Of a stretch of 40,941 nucleotides of DNA, positions 1 to 10,533 are shown in pieces. Source of the DNA: Pseudomonadota bacterium (GTDB lineage Bacteria; Pseudomonadota; Alphaproteobacteria; Rhizobiales; Xanthobacteraceae). The stretch lies in assembly GCA_023414975.1 (NCBI GenBank), contig JAEZMI010000436.1, positions 1 to 40,941 of the forward strand, read 5' to 3'. Position numbers and translations under genes: made by a program. The notes under the pieces are model-generated. The model was not told the origin of the DNA. It saw only the letters and a list, made by a program, of their open reading frames with translations, and searched no databases. The first letter of the stretch is position 1. Every line of letters starts with the position of its first letter.

Positions 1-733
1 CGCCAGGGCTGGGAGGCGAGATAGCGTACGGCGCCGGTACGGATTCCCGCCTCTTCCATGGTCTCGCGCCGCACGTCCTGCTCGAAGGTTTCCCCCGGCT
101 CGACGAAGCCCGCGAGGCACGACCACATGCCCGGCGCGAAGTGGGCGGAGCGGCCGAGCAGGCACGCCTCGCCATGCACCACGAGCATGATGACGACGGG
201 ATCGGTGCGCGGAAAATGCTGGGCGCCGCACTGCCGGCACTCCCGCCGCCAGCCGCCCTCGGCCACCTCCAGTGTGTGGCCGCAATTGGAACAGAAGCGG
301 CGCCGCGCATGCCAGGCGAGCATCGCCTTGGCGCAGGCCAGTTCGCCGAGCTGGTCGGCCGGCACCAGTTCCTGCACCGCGAGGCTGCGCAGATCGGTGA
401 CGAGAAGGTCCTCCCGCGCGGTGAGCTGCCCGAGCGCGGCGGCGTGCAGGGGCAGCACGACATGCGGCACCCCGTCGGCAAGGCCGAGAAGGCACGCCTC
501 GCCGAGCCGCCCGCCGAGGGAGATGGCCTGGTCGAGGCCGAACAGCGCGTCATGTGCCGCCCCGCCCCCGGCGGCGGGGCGCCGCAGCACGATGCTCTCG
601 CCGGAGATCAGGCAGGCGCGGGCGCGCTCATCGCGCAGCATGTCCGCCGCCTGGCTGCGCCGCTCGCTGGCGCGGTCGAGCCGGTTGCCGACATAGCCGA
701 GATGCGGCCAGATGCCGAGCGGGTGCGTCGCCA

Positions 734-734
<1 letters not shown>
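1..734 (-). CDS. nudC: NAD(+)/NADH diphosphatase NudC (3' end runs off the window)
   Basis: Translated by hand, absent from the ORF track: MATHPLGIWPHLGY...; zinc ribbon FCSNCG...ECRQCGAQHFPRTDPVVI; Nudix box LAGFVEPGETFEQDVRRETMEEAG; SQPW signature. ATG 734-732 overlaps the HIT stop (TGATG). Confidence 0.93.
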
Positions 735-2292
<1,558 letters not shown>

Positions 2293-2315
2293 ACGGGCCT
2301 CGGGCGGCGGAGGCC

Positions 2316-2344
2316 TTGCATCGCGGCCTCATCTGCCCGATATA
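2316..2344 (+). promoter_or_regulatory. Putative sigma70-type promoter of ffs
   Basis: TTGCAT (2316-2321), 17 nt, GATATA (2339-2344), ending about 6 nt before the RNA 5' end. Confidence 0.45.
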
Positions 2345-2350
2345 GGCGCC

Positions 2351-2448
2351 GGGAGGTTGGCGGTGGACGAGCCACTCGCCAACCGGGTCAGGTCCGGAAG
2401 GAAGCAGCCCCAACGAGCCCGGTCTCGGGTCTCTGTCCAGCCTCCCAC
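2351..2448 (+). ncRNA. ffs: Signal recognition particle 4.5S RNA (small bacterial SRP)
   Basis: Conserved domain IV TCAGGTCCGGAAGGAAGCAGC; terminal stem GGGAGGTTGG/CCAGCCTCCC; usual position upstream of dnaX. Confidence 0.95.
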
Positions 2449-2635
2449 CCTTGCCCCCAGCTGGGGCCGCGGCCCTTGATGGCCTTGAACATCGACGGCG
2501 GGGGGATACGCTGCCGCCGTAACGGGCCGAAGGTCCGACCGGGCGAAGCCGCACCGATTTTTCCCCATCCCCGTGCCGCCCCGGTTGCCCTATGCGCACC
2601 CCGCGATGATATGAAGGGGCCAGCAGCGAGGGACC

Positions 2636-4570
2636 ATGAGCGCGGACAACCCCGATCTTCCGGCGACTGACGATGCCGATGCGTCTCCCGGTTTCGACAT
2701 GGGCGATGCTCCCGCCCCGCGCGGGGCCGTGACACCCTATCGCGTGCTCGCCCGCAAATACCGGCCGCAGACCTTCGCCGACCTGATCGGCCAGGAAGCG
2801 ATGGTCCGCACGCTGAAGAACGCCTTCGCCTCCGGCCGCATCGCGCAGGCCTACATTCTCACCGGCGTGCGCGGGGTCGGCAAGACGACCACCGCCCGCA
2901 TCCTCGCCCGCGCCCTCAATTATGAGCCCGCGGACGGGCCGGCCGGGGGCGGCGCACCGACGCTCGACATGCCCGTGCTCGGCCGGCACTGCCGCGACAT
3001 CATCGAAAGCCGGCATGTTGACGTGCAGGAAATGGACGCCGCGTCCAATACCGGCATCGGCGATATCCGCGAGATCATCGAGGCGGCCCGCTACAAGCCG
3101 GTGCTCGCCCGCTACAAGGTCTTCATCATCGACGAAGTCCACATGCTCTCCACCGCCGCCTTCAACGGCCTGTTGAAGACGCTGGAAGAGCCGCCGGAGC
3201 ATGTGAAGTTCATCTTCGCCACCACCGAAATCCGCAAGGTGCCGGTCACGGTGCTCTCGCGCACGCAGCGCTTCGATCTGCGCCGCGTCGATGCCGGGAC
3301 GATGGCGCGCCATTTGCGGGCGATCTGCGACGCGGAAGAGGTGGGCATCGACGTGGAGGCGCTGAGTCTCGTCGCCCGCGCGGCGGAAGGCTCGGTGCGC
3401 GACGCGCTCTCGCTGCTCGACCAGGCGATCGCCCATGCCGGAGGCAGCGTGCATGGCGAGCAGGTGCGCGCCTTGCTCGGTCTCGCCGATCGCGGACGGG
3501 TGATCGACCTGTTCGAGGCGCTGATGAAGGGCGATATCGGGCAGGCGCTGACCGAACTGCGCGAGCAATATGACAGCGGCGCCGACCCGGCCGTGGTCAT
3601 CACCGATCTCGCCGAGTTCACCCATCTCGTCACCAAGCTGAAGATCCTGCCGCAAACCGCGGACGACCCCTCCCTGGTGGAGGCCGAGCGCACGCGCGGG
3701 CGGGATTTCGCCAACGGTCTGTCGATGCGGGTGCTCTCGCGCGCCTGGCAGATGCTCAATCGCGGGCTCGCCGAGGTCCAGCAGGCGGCAAAGCCCATGC
3801 AGGCGGCGGAAATGGTGCTGGTGCGCCTCGCCTATGCGAGCGACCTGCCGACCCCCGACGAGGCCCTGCGCCGCCTGCGCGACGGCATGGAGGATGCACC
3901 CGCCCGCCCGCCCGCCGGCGGTGGCGGTGCCTCGGGCGGAGGCGCGGGCAATGGAGGCTCGGCGGCCACGGCCCTGGCGCAGCCACGCTTCGCTGCCCCC
4001 AGCGCGGCGCCGGCCCCGGTCTCAGTCCCCCTCTCGGCCCCCACGGCGTCGAGCCACCTGTCGCTGGCCGCGCGCGGCACGCCGCAGCCTGCGGCGCGGC
4101 CCGAAGCGAGGCCGGGTGTCGCGGTGAACACCTTCGCCGACCTCGTCGCCCTCGCGACGCAGAAGCGCGACCTGAAATCCAAGTTCGCGCTGGAAAATCA
4201 GGTCCGCCCCGTCTCGTTCGAGGACGGCAAGCTGGAGTTCTCCCTCGCCCCCGGCGCCTCCATGGCGCTGGTGCAGGAGCTTCAGACCAGGATTTCCGAA
4301 TGGACCGGCAAGCGCTGGCTGGTCGCCCTCTCGCGCGAGGAGGGCGAGCCGACCTTGGCCGAGCAGGCCAAGTCCGCGCGCGAGACCCTGCTGACGGACG
4401 TACGCGCCGATCCGCTGGTGGCGGCCGTTCTCGCGCGCTTTCCCGGCGCTTCGGTCGTGGACGTGCGCACGCAGGCGGTCGATGACGGCCCCCCGCCCGG
4501 CACGCTCGACGAGTACGAGATGATGGCCGCCCGCGACGATGCCGGGCCCGACGACGATTTCGATTTCTGA
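2636..4570 (+). CDS. dnaX: DNA polymerase III subunit gamma/tau
   Basis: YRVLARKYRPQTF, Walker A GVRGVGKT, EMDAAS, IIDEVHMLS, LLKTLEEPP; Pro/Ala-rich linker and alphaproteobacterial C-terminal domain. Confidence 0.97.
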   Translation: MSADNPDLPATDDADASPGFDMGDAPAPRGAVTPYRVLARKYRPQTFADLIGQEAMVRTLKNAFASGRIAQAYILTGVRGVGKTTTARILARALNYEPADGPAGGGAPTLDMPVLGRHCRDIIESRHVDVQEMDAASNTGIGDIREIIEAARYKPVLARYKVFIIDEVHMLSTAAFNGLLKTLEEPPEHVKFIFATTEIRKVPVTVLSRTQRFDLRRVDAGTMARHLRAICDAEEVGIDVEALSLVARAAEGSVRDALSLLDQAIAHAGGSVHGEQVRALLGLADRGRVIDLFEALMKGDIGQALTELREQYDSGADPAVVITDLAEFTHLVTKLKILPQTADDPSLVEAERTRGRDFANGLSMRVLSRAWQMLNRGLAEVQQAAKPMQAAEMVLVRLAYASDLPTPDEALRRLRDGMEDAPARPPAGGGGASGGGAGNGGSAATALAQPRFAAPSAAPAPVSVPLSAPTASSHLSLAARGTPQPAARPEARPGVAVNTFADLVALATQKRDLKSKFALENQVRPVSFEDGKLEFSLAPGASMALVQELQTRISEWTGKRWLVALSREEGEPTLAEQAKSARETLLTDVRADPLVAAVLARFPGASVVDVRTQAVDDGPPPGTLDEYEMMAARDDAGPDDDFDF

Positions 4571-4601
4571 CGATGATCTTGCAGCTTAAAGGGAGCCGCG
4601 C

Positions 4602-4922
4602 ATGAAAGACCTTCTCGGCATGATGTCCAAGGTGAAGGAGATGCAGGCCCGCATGGAACAGATGCAGGCCGAGCTGGAAACCGTGGAGGTCGACGGCGCG
4701 GCAGGTGGTGGCATGGTCACGGTCCGGCTCACCGCCAAGGGCGCCCTGAAGGCGATCCGCATCGATCCCAGCCTCTTGAATCCCGACGAGGCCGAAATCC
4801 TGGAAGACCTCATCGTCGCCGCCCATGCCGAGGCGCGCGCCAAGGCCGACCGTCTGGTTCAGGAGAAGACGCAGGCACTGACCGCCGGCCTGCCCATCCC
4901 GCCGGGCATGAAGCTGTTCTGA
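4602..4922 (+). CDS. ybaB: YbaB/EbfC nucleoid-associated protein
   Basis: GAAGGGMVTV, IDPSLL, EILEDLIVAA, GLPIPPGMKLF; directly after dnaX. Confidence 0.93.
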   Translation: MKDLLGMMSKVKEMQARMEQMQAELETVEVDGAAGGGMVTVRLTAKGALKAIRIDPSLLNPDEAEILEDLIVAAHAEARAKADRLVQEKTQALTAGLPIPPGMKLF

Positions 4923-4983
4923 GGCCGCGGCACCGGCATCCCGGCGCCCCCTCGTCTCTCCTCGCGCGGGACCGCCGGACCCC

Positions 4984-5613
4984 TCATCGGCTTGTCGCCC
5001 GCGCCACGAGCGCCATCACCGCCTCGGCGATCTCGCCGGCGCGGGGCGCGAGCGGCCCGTCGAGGCGGCCGTAAAGCGCGAACACCGCCGGCTGCACGAC
5101 GCAACCCAGCGCCATGGCGGCGGTGAGCGTCGCCCGCTCGCCCGAGAGCCCCGTCCCGCGCATCAGCCGCGCCACCGCCTCCACGACATTGCCGTCCGGC
5201 GTGTCCGGCACGTAGCGCAAATGGTCGTGCTGATGGATGAGCAGATAGGCGAACAGCGCCGGCTCGGCATCGAACAGGCGGCAGGCGAGGCCGACAACCC
5301 TCCCGACCTTCTCCGCAAGCGGCCCGCCCGCCGCGTCCGCGGCGCCGATGTCGCGGGCCAGTGCGGCATAGCGCGAGAGGAAAAGCTCGCGCGCCAGTTG
5401 CTCCTTCGACGGGAAATGCCGGTAGAGCGCGCCTTCCGAAAGCCCCGCCGCCTGGGCGATGTCGCGCACGGAGGTGCCGTCGACCCCCTTGGCCGCGAAC
5501 AGGGCCAGTGCCTCCGCCTCGATCCGGGCGCGTGTTTCCGTGCCGTCCCGCCCGCGCCGGGGCGCCGTCCGGCCGGGACGCGAGCGCGAGACAGGGGCGC
5601 CGGGAAGACTCAT
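4984..5613 (-). CDS. TetR/AcrR-family transcriptional regulator
   Basis: ALALFAAKGVDGTSVRDIAQAAGLSEGALYRHFPSKEQL HTH; ATGA overlap with the aas stop. Confidence 0.92.
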   Translation of the reverse strand: MSLPGAPVSRSRPGRTAPRRGRDGTETRARIEAEALALFAAKGVDGTSVRDIAQAAGLSEGALYRHFPSKEQLARELFLSRYAALARDIGAADAAGGPLAEKVGRVVGLACRLFDAEPALFAYLLIHQHDHLRYVPDTPDGNVVEAVARLMRGTGLSGERATLTAAMALGCVVQPAVFALYGRLDGPLAPRAGEIAEAVMALVARATSR

Positions 5614-8600
5614 TCCGCTCCTCCCGCCGCACCGGCCGTGACGTTCCGGGCGGCGATCATTTCAAGCGCCATCACCCGCGCCCTGGTGAAGTCCACCTTG
5701 CCGCTGCCCAACAGCGGCAGGCTGTCGAGCGGCAGTATCTCCGCCGGGATCATCAGCTCGGTCACGCCAATCTCGCGCCCATGCGCCTGCAGCGCCGCGC
5801 GGGTGAGATCGGTCGCGGTGGTGAGCAGCAGGATGCGCTCGCCGCGCTTGGCATCGGGAATGGCGACCGCGACGTGCTCGGCATCCGGCCGCAGCGCCGC
5901 GACCATGGCGTCGATGGCGGCCAGCGAGATCATCTCGCCGGCGATCTTGGCGAAGCGCTTGACGCGGCCGCGAATGGCGACGAAGCCCTCCTCGTCCACG
6001 GCGACGATGTCGCCGGTGTCGTACCACCCCTCCTCCGGCGGCTCGAGCACGCCCGGCGCCTCGGCGCGGATATAGCCGAGCATGACATTCGGCCCCCGAA
6101 CGCGCAGGCGGCCGCCGACCTCGATGCCGCTCATCGGCTCCAGAACGTGATCGATTCCGGGCAGCAGACGCCCAACCGTGCCGGCGCGGTTGAACATCGG
6201 GGTGTTCACCGCCAGCACGGGGGAGCATTCGGTGACGCCGTACCCTTCGAGGATGCGGTGGCCGAACTTCTCCATCCAGACCCGCCGCGTCTCCGCCTTC
6301 ACGGGCTCGGCACCGGCCACCACGAAGCGCAGCGAACGGAAGTCGTAAGGGTTCGCCGTGCGGGCATAGCCCATGAGGAAAGTGTCGGTGCCCACAATGG
6401 CGGTCGCATTGGTGGCGTACACCAGTTCCGGAATGATCCGGTAATGCAGCGGCGAGGGATAGAGGTAGGTCTTGAGGCCGGACACCATCGGCAGGATCAG
6501 CCCGCCGGTGAGGCCAAAGGAGTGAAACACCGGCAGGACATTGAACATGATGTCCGCCGGCGAGAAGTCGATCCGGGCCGACACCTGCGCGACATTGGTC
6601 AATATGTTGCGGTGGGAGAGCACGACCCCCTTCGGGCTGCCCTCGGAGCCCGAGGTGAACAGGATGAAGGCCGGCGAATCCGGCGGGGCCGGCGTCGGAT
6701 CCGGCAGCGGCAGCATCGCCTTGAGCTTGTCGGTACCGGTCACGGCCGCGCGCAGATCCTCGGTGAGCATGATCCGCACATGTTTGGAAAGTTCGGCGAC
6801 CTCGGCCTCCAGGCGCGCTTTCTCGATAAACGCCTGCGAGGCGACGACCATCTTCACCTGCGCCGCCTTGCAGGCGGCGACGAGGTTCACGGCGCCGGCC
6901 GTGTAGTTCAGCATCACCGGCACGCGGCCATGGCGTGACAGACCCATCAGCACCACGGCGATGCCAGCCGCATTGGGTAGAAGCACGCCCACCCGCTCCT
7001 CCGGCTGGGTCAGGTCGGCGAGCTTGCCGCCGAGAATGCGCGCTCCAAGCAGAAGCTTGCGATAGGTGAGCGCGGTGCCGAGGGGGTCTTCGACCACGAG
7101 GCGCCCCATGCCCAGCCGCACGCCAGCCTCCTTGACCGCCTGATAGATGGTCTGGTCGGTATGCGAGGTCTCGAAGACAAGGTCCGACATGATGTCGTAG
7201 AGCGCCGCTCCCGCCGCGCGCCGCCGCTTGCGGCCGAACAGCTCCGGGTCGAGTTCGATGCGCTGTGGCGGCAGGATCGTGACGCGCACTTTGGGGAACA
7301 GGCGCTTGCGTGTCTGGTCCGGGGTAAGCCGGGAAAAATAGGTCTGCTCCAGCCCCTCGATGCGTACCGGTACGACGGGTGCCCGCGCCTTGTCGGCGAC
7401 CAGCGCGGAACCGTCATATATCTTCATGATGGAGCCGGTGACGGTGATGCGCCCTTCCGGGAAAATCACCAGCCGCTCGCCCTGCTGGACCAGCCGGATG
7501 AGGTCGCGCGTGGCCAGTGGCCGGGTCGGGTCGAGCGGGAAAGCGCGGACCAGCTTGAGGAAGGGCTTGATCCACCAGCGCTCGGCGATGCCGGCGTCTA
7601 CTGCGAAGATCGGGTCATGGTCGAGCAGCGCCATGATGAGCGGGGCATCGAGGAAGCTCACATGATTGATAGCGATGACCGAGCCGGGACCGGCGGCCTT
7701 GAGATGCTCGGCCCCCTTCACTTCCACCCGGAAGGCCACGCGGAAGATGAGCCGGATCAGGTCGCGCAGCACATGCCCGCGGAAGGCGCGCGCCGTCAGG
7801 AAGGCGGCGATCAGCGTCGACAGGCCGATAAGCCCCATCAGCGCCGGCGCGCCGACACCTCCCGCCTGCAGGCCGGCGACGACGATCGCGCCTACCGTCA
7901 TGAAGGCGGCGTTCAGCACATTGTTGCCGGCGATGACCCGCGCGCGGCGGTCCTCACCGGCCTCCGCCTGCACGAAGGCGAAGGTCGGCACCACGAAGGC
8001 GCCGCCGGCCGCCGCGAGACCGACCAAGCCGAGCGCAGCCAGGAAGCCGGCCTCGGAGGCAAGAAATTCATACCAGCCGAGCGGCGCGGCGGCAGGCGTC
8101 AGCGCGGCGAAATGCGCGCCGAGGAACAGCGCGAAACCCGCCATGACGAACCCGGCAAACGGCACCAACGCCAGAAGGATGCGCCCTTCGGAGAGCTTGG
8201 CGGCCAACGTCGAACCGATGGCGACACCGACCGTAAAAAGCAGCAGGAACAGAGTGACGACGCTCTCCGCGCCGCCGACGCTTTCCTTCACCAGCGTGGG
8301 AAGCAGCGCCAGTACGACCGCGCCCACCAGCCAGAACCAGGAAACGATCAACGTGCCGCGCCAGATGGCCGGCGTCGCGCGCAGCTCTAAGATGAGCGCC
8401 TTGGTGCTGCGCCAGATATTGCGGTCGATCGTGAGATCGGGCGCGCCTTCGCGCGTCGGCGGTATGGCGCGCGCGCTCAGCCAGCAGATCACCGCAAAGA
8501 CGAAGGTAAAGCCGGCCACCGCCCAGTCATGGGTGTGGGTAATGGCGATCGCCCCGCCCACCGTCCCGCCAAGGATGGCCGCGAAGGTCGCCATTTCGAC

Positions 8601-9035
8601 CAGCGCATTGCCGGAGACCAGCTCCTCGCGCGCAAGGTGATCGGGCAGGATGCCGTACTTCACCGGCCCGAACAGGGCGCTGAGTGTTCCCATCAGGAAA
8701 AGGCCGAGGAAGAGCAGCGGCAGCGAGCCCAGAACGAAGCCGGAGGAGGCGACGAGAACGATCCAGATCTCCGCGAACTTCAGCCGGCGGGCGATCAGCG
8801 ATTTGTCGTAGCGGTCCGCCAGCTGGCCGCCGAGGCTCGAGAAGAGAAAGAAGGGCAGGATGAACACGCCCCCCGCCAAGGTCACCAGCGCCCCGCCGGC
8901 CTCCGCCGTCTCCGTGAGACCGTAGAGGATGAGGAGCGCCATCGCGTTCTTCACGAAGTTGTCGTTGAAGGCGGAGAAGAACTGGCACCAGAACAGCGGC
9001 GCGAAGCGCCGCGTGGTCATCAGACGGGTAAACAA
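5610..9035 (-). CDS. aas: LplT-like MFS + 2-acyl-GPE acyltransferase + acyl-ACP synthetase fusion
   Basis: N-terminal FFSAFNDNF MFS; acyltransferase NHVSFLD and IFPEGRIT; AMP-binding FTSGSEGSPKG, EGYGVTE, YDTGD. TTG start 7 nt after GGGAGG. Confidence 0.92.
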   Translation of the reverse strand: MFTRLMTTRRFAPLFWCQFFSAFNDNFVKNAMALLILYGLTETAEAGGALVTLAGGVFILPFFLFSSLGGQLADRYDKSLIARRLKFAEIWIVLVASSGFVLGSLPLLFLGLFLMGTLSALFGPVKYGILPDHLAREELVSGNALVEMATFAAILGGTVGGAIAITHTHDWAVAGFTFVFAVICWLSARAIPPTREGAPDLTIDRNIWRSTKALILELRATPAIWRGTLIVSWFWLVGAVVLALLPTLVKESVGGAESVVTLFLLLFTVGVAIGSTLAAKLSEGRILLALVPFAGFVMAGFALFLGAHFAALTPAAAPLGWYEFLASEAGFLAALGLVGLAAAGGAFVVPTFAFVQAEAGEDRRARVIAGNNVLNAAFMTVGAIVVAGLQAGGVGAPALMGLIGLSTLIAAFLTARAFRGHVLRDLIRLIFRVAFRVEVKGAEHLKAAGPGSVIAINHVSFLDAPLIMALLDHDPIFAVDAGIAERWWIKPFLKLVRAFPLDPTRPLATRDLIRLVQQGERLVIFPEGRITVTGSIMKIYDGSALVADKARAPVVPVRIEGLEQTYFSRLTPDQTRKRLFPKVRVTILPPQRIELDPELFGRKRRRAAGAALYDIMSDLVFETSHTDQTIYQAVKEAGVRLGMGRLVVEDPLGTALTYRKLLLGARILGGKLADLTQPEERVGVLLPNAAGIAVVLMGLSRHGRVPVMLNYTAGAVNLVAACKAAQVKMVVASQAFIEKARLEAEVAELSKHVRIMLTEDLRAAVTGTDKLKAMLPLPDPTPAPPDSPAFILFTSGSEGSPKGVVLSHRNILTNVAQVSARIDFSPADIMFNVLPVFHSFGLTGGLILPMVSGLKTYLYPSPLHYRIIPELVYATNATAIVGTDTFLMGYARTANPYDFRSLRFVVAGAEPVKAETRRVWMEKFGHRILEGYGVTECSPVLAVNTPMFNRAGTVGRLLPGIDHVLEPMSGIEVGGRLRVRGPNVMLGYIRAEAPGVLEPPEEGWYDTGDIVAVDEEGFVAIRGRVKRFAKIAGEMISLAAIDAMVAALRPDAEHVAVAIPDAKRGERILLLTTATDLTRAALQAHGREIGVTELMIPAEILPLDSLPLLGSGKVDFTRARVMALEMIAARNVTAGAAGGAE

Positions 9036-9053
9036 GGCGACGCCTCCCGCATC

Positions 9054-9096
9054 ATGTTAGTGAGCGATCACTTACATAAGCACGGCCGAGCGTCAA
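9054..9096 (-). promoter_or_regulatory. aas promoter with overlapping palindromic operator (likely TetR site)
   Basis: ATGTTAGTGA-GCGA-TCACTTACAT (9054-9077; 9 of 10 arm positions pair). On the minus strand TTGACG (9096-9091), 16 nt, TAAGTG places the -10 inside the palindrome. Confidence 0.6.
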
Positions 9097-9190
9097 GACC
9101 TTGTGCGACCTCGCCTGGCTTCGTGGGATGTCGAAGACTGGTCGGATCGACGCGCTCGCTAACGCTGTCCGCCAGCCGACAGCGACAGCC

Positions 9191-10357
9191 TCACAGCAGC
9201 ACCCCGGCCAGAGCCGCAGCAAGCATGAGGCCGTCATGCGCCGCGAGTTGCAGGCGGGAGGGCGCGCCTGCCGCATACAGCATCAGCGTGGCGCCGCAAA
9301 GCGCGAGCGACCAGCCCGCCCCGACGCACAGGAACGCCGCGCCGATGCTGACCGCCTCGGGAGCCGCATGCACCAGCACGGCTCCGCCCACGCCAAGAAC
9401 GAGGCCGCCGAAGGCAAGGGCTCGCGCGCCCAGCCGCGCGGCGAGCACCCCGCCCGCGAGCGCCGGCGCATACATCGCCACCACATGCCAGGCGACGACG
9501 CCCGACACGACAGGTACGCCGACGCCGCAGCCGACGAGCGCAAGCGGAGCGCCCGCCATGGCGGAGGTCATCGCGCTCCACGCGAGTGCGCCGGCCAGGG
9601 TCGGGGTGAGCAGGCGCCCCCACGGCAGAGGAAGAGGGCGGGAGGTGTTCGCAGCCGCCTCGGCCGTGAATTCGGCATGCGAGAACCGGGCCTCCGGCAG
9701 CAATACCGCGAAGGCGAGCGCCGCGAGCTGGGCCAGCGCGGCCAGGATCAACGTGCCGGCGAAGCTATAGGGGATGAAGAGAGCTTCCGCCTGTTGCGCC
9801 AGCAGCGGCCCGGCGAGGCCGGCCAGCGCGCCGGCGCCGATCAGCCGCGCCACCGCGTCCGCCCGGCCGGACGCCTCCGCGCCGAAGGCGGCGGCGTGAC
9901 GGTAGAACACGCCAAACCCTTGCGCCGCGCCGAGCCAGAAGGCCCCGATGACCAGCAGGGGAAAAGCCGCCACGGTGACCGCATATGCGCAGATCAACCC
10001 GCCGGCGACGCCGAGGCTTGCGCCGAGCGCGAAGCCGGCGCGGCGTCCGAAGCTGTCCAGCAGCAGGATGGCGGGCAGACTTGCGAACGCTGCGCCGGCG
10101 AAGAAGGCGCCGAGCGGCAATCCGGCGGCGGGAATCACCCCCATGACCGTTCTTTCCGCTGCGAGCATGGCGCCGGCGAGCGGCAACGCGCCGAGCGTCA
10201 GGGCCTGCGCGAGAACCACGAGAGCAAAGCCCGCGGCGAGCGGAATGCCGCCCGCGGAGCGGCGCAGCATCAGCGGCGCGCCCTCCGGGCAGGCGCAGGC
10301 AAGCCGGCCGGCACGCGGACCTTCTCTCTCATTGCCGAAAAGCTCGCCGACACTCAT
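9191..10357 (-). CDS. MFS transporter, CcoA/CalT-like putative copper importer
   Basis: Hydrophobic MFS with DSFGRR motif A, FYRHAA, MTSAM (9557-9571) and HVVAM (9473-9487); ATGA overlap with the fixS stop. Confidence 0.75.
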   Translation of the reverse strand: MSVGELFGNEREGPRAGRLACACPEGAPLMLRRSAGGIPLAAGFALVVLAQALTLGALPLAGAMLAAERTVMGVIPAAGLPLGAFFAGAAFASLPAILLLDSFGRRAGFALGASLGVAGGLICAYAVTVAAFPLLVIGAFWLGAAQGFGVFYRHAAAFGAEASGRADAVARLIGAGALAGLAGPLLAQQAEALFIPYSFAGTLILAALAQLAALAFAVLLPEARFSHAEFTAEAAANTSRPLPLPWGRLLTPTLAGALAWSAMTSAMAGAPLALVGCGVGVPVVSGVVAWHVVAMYAPALAGGVLAARLGARALAFGGLVLGVGGAVLVHAAPEAVSIGAAFLCVGAGWSLALCGATLMLYAAGAPSRLQLAAHDGLMLAAALAGVLL

Positions 10358-10533
10358 GGCCGCCGCCTATTCCGGGCCGCTGGGGCAGCGGAAAGGTCGT
10401 CGTCGTTCAGCACCCGCAGCGCCGCGCCATCGAGATCGTCGTACTGGCCGGCCCGCAGGGACCACATGAAGGCGAGGAGACCGAGCAAGCCGAGACCGAG
10501 GGCTGCCGGCACGAGATAGAGCAGGATGGTCAT
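10354..10533 (-). CDS. ccoS: cbb3-type oxidase maturation protein FixS/CcoS (59 aa)
   Basis: Translated by hand, absent from the ORF track: MTILLYLVPAALGLGLLGLLAFMWSLRAGQYDDLDGAALRVLNDDD...; ATGA overlaps at both ends. Confidence 0.93.
   Translation of the reverse strand: MTILLYLVPAALGLGLLGLLAFMWSLRAGQYDDLDGAALRVLNDDDLSAAPAARNRRRP

Noticed and set aside
46..114. Asp in the NudC Nudix box (EQDVRRE where Ala is usual)
   Set aside because: The catalytic G, E, RE and EE residues are intact; a single substitution is not evidence of altered function.
3850..4130. Programmed -1 frameshift in dnaX producing gamma
   Set aside because: No A-AAA-AAG or poly-A slippery site is visible; the region is a low-complexity Pro/Ala/Gly linker.
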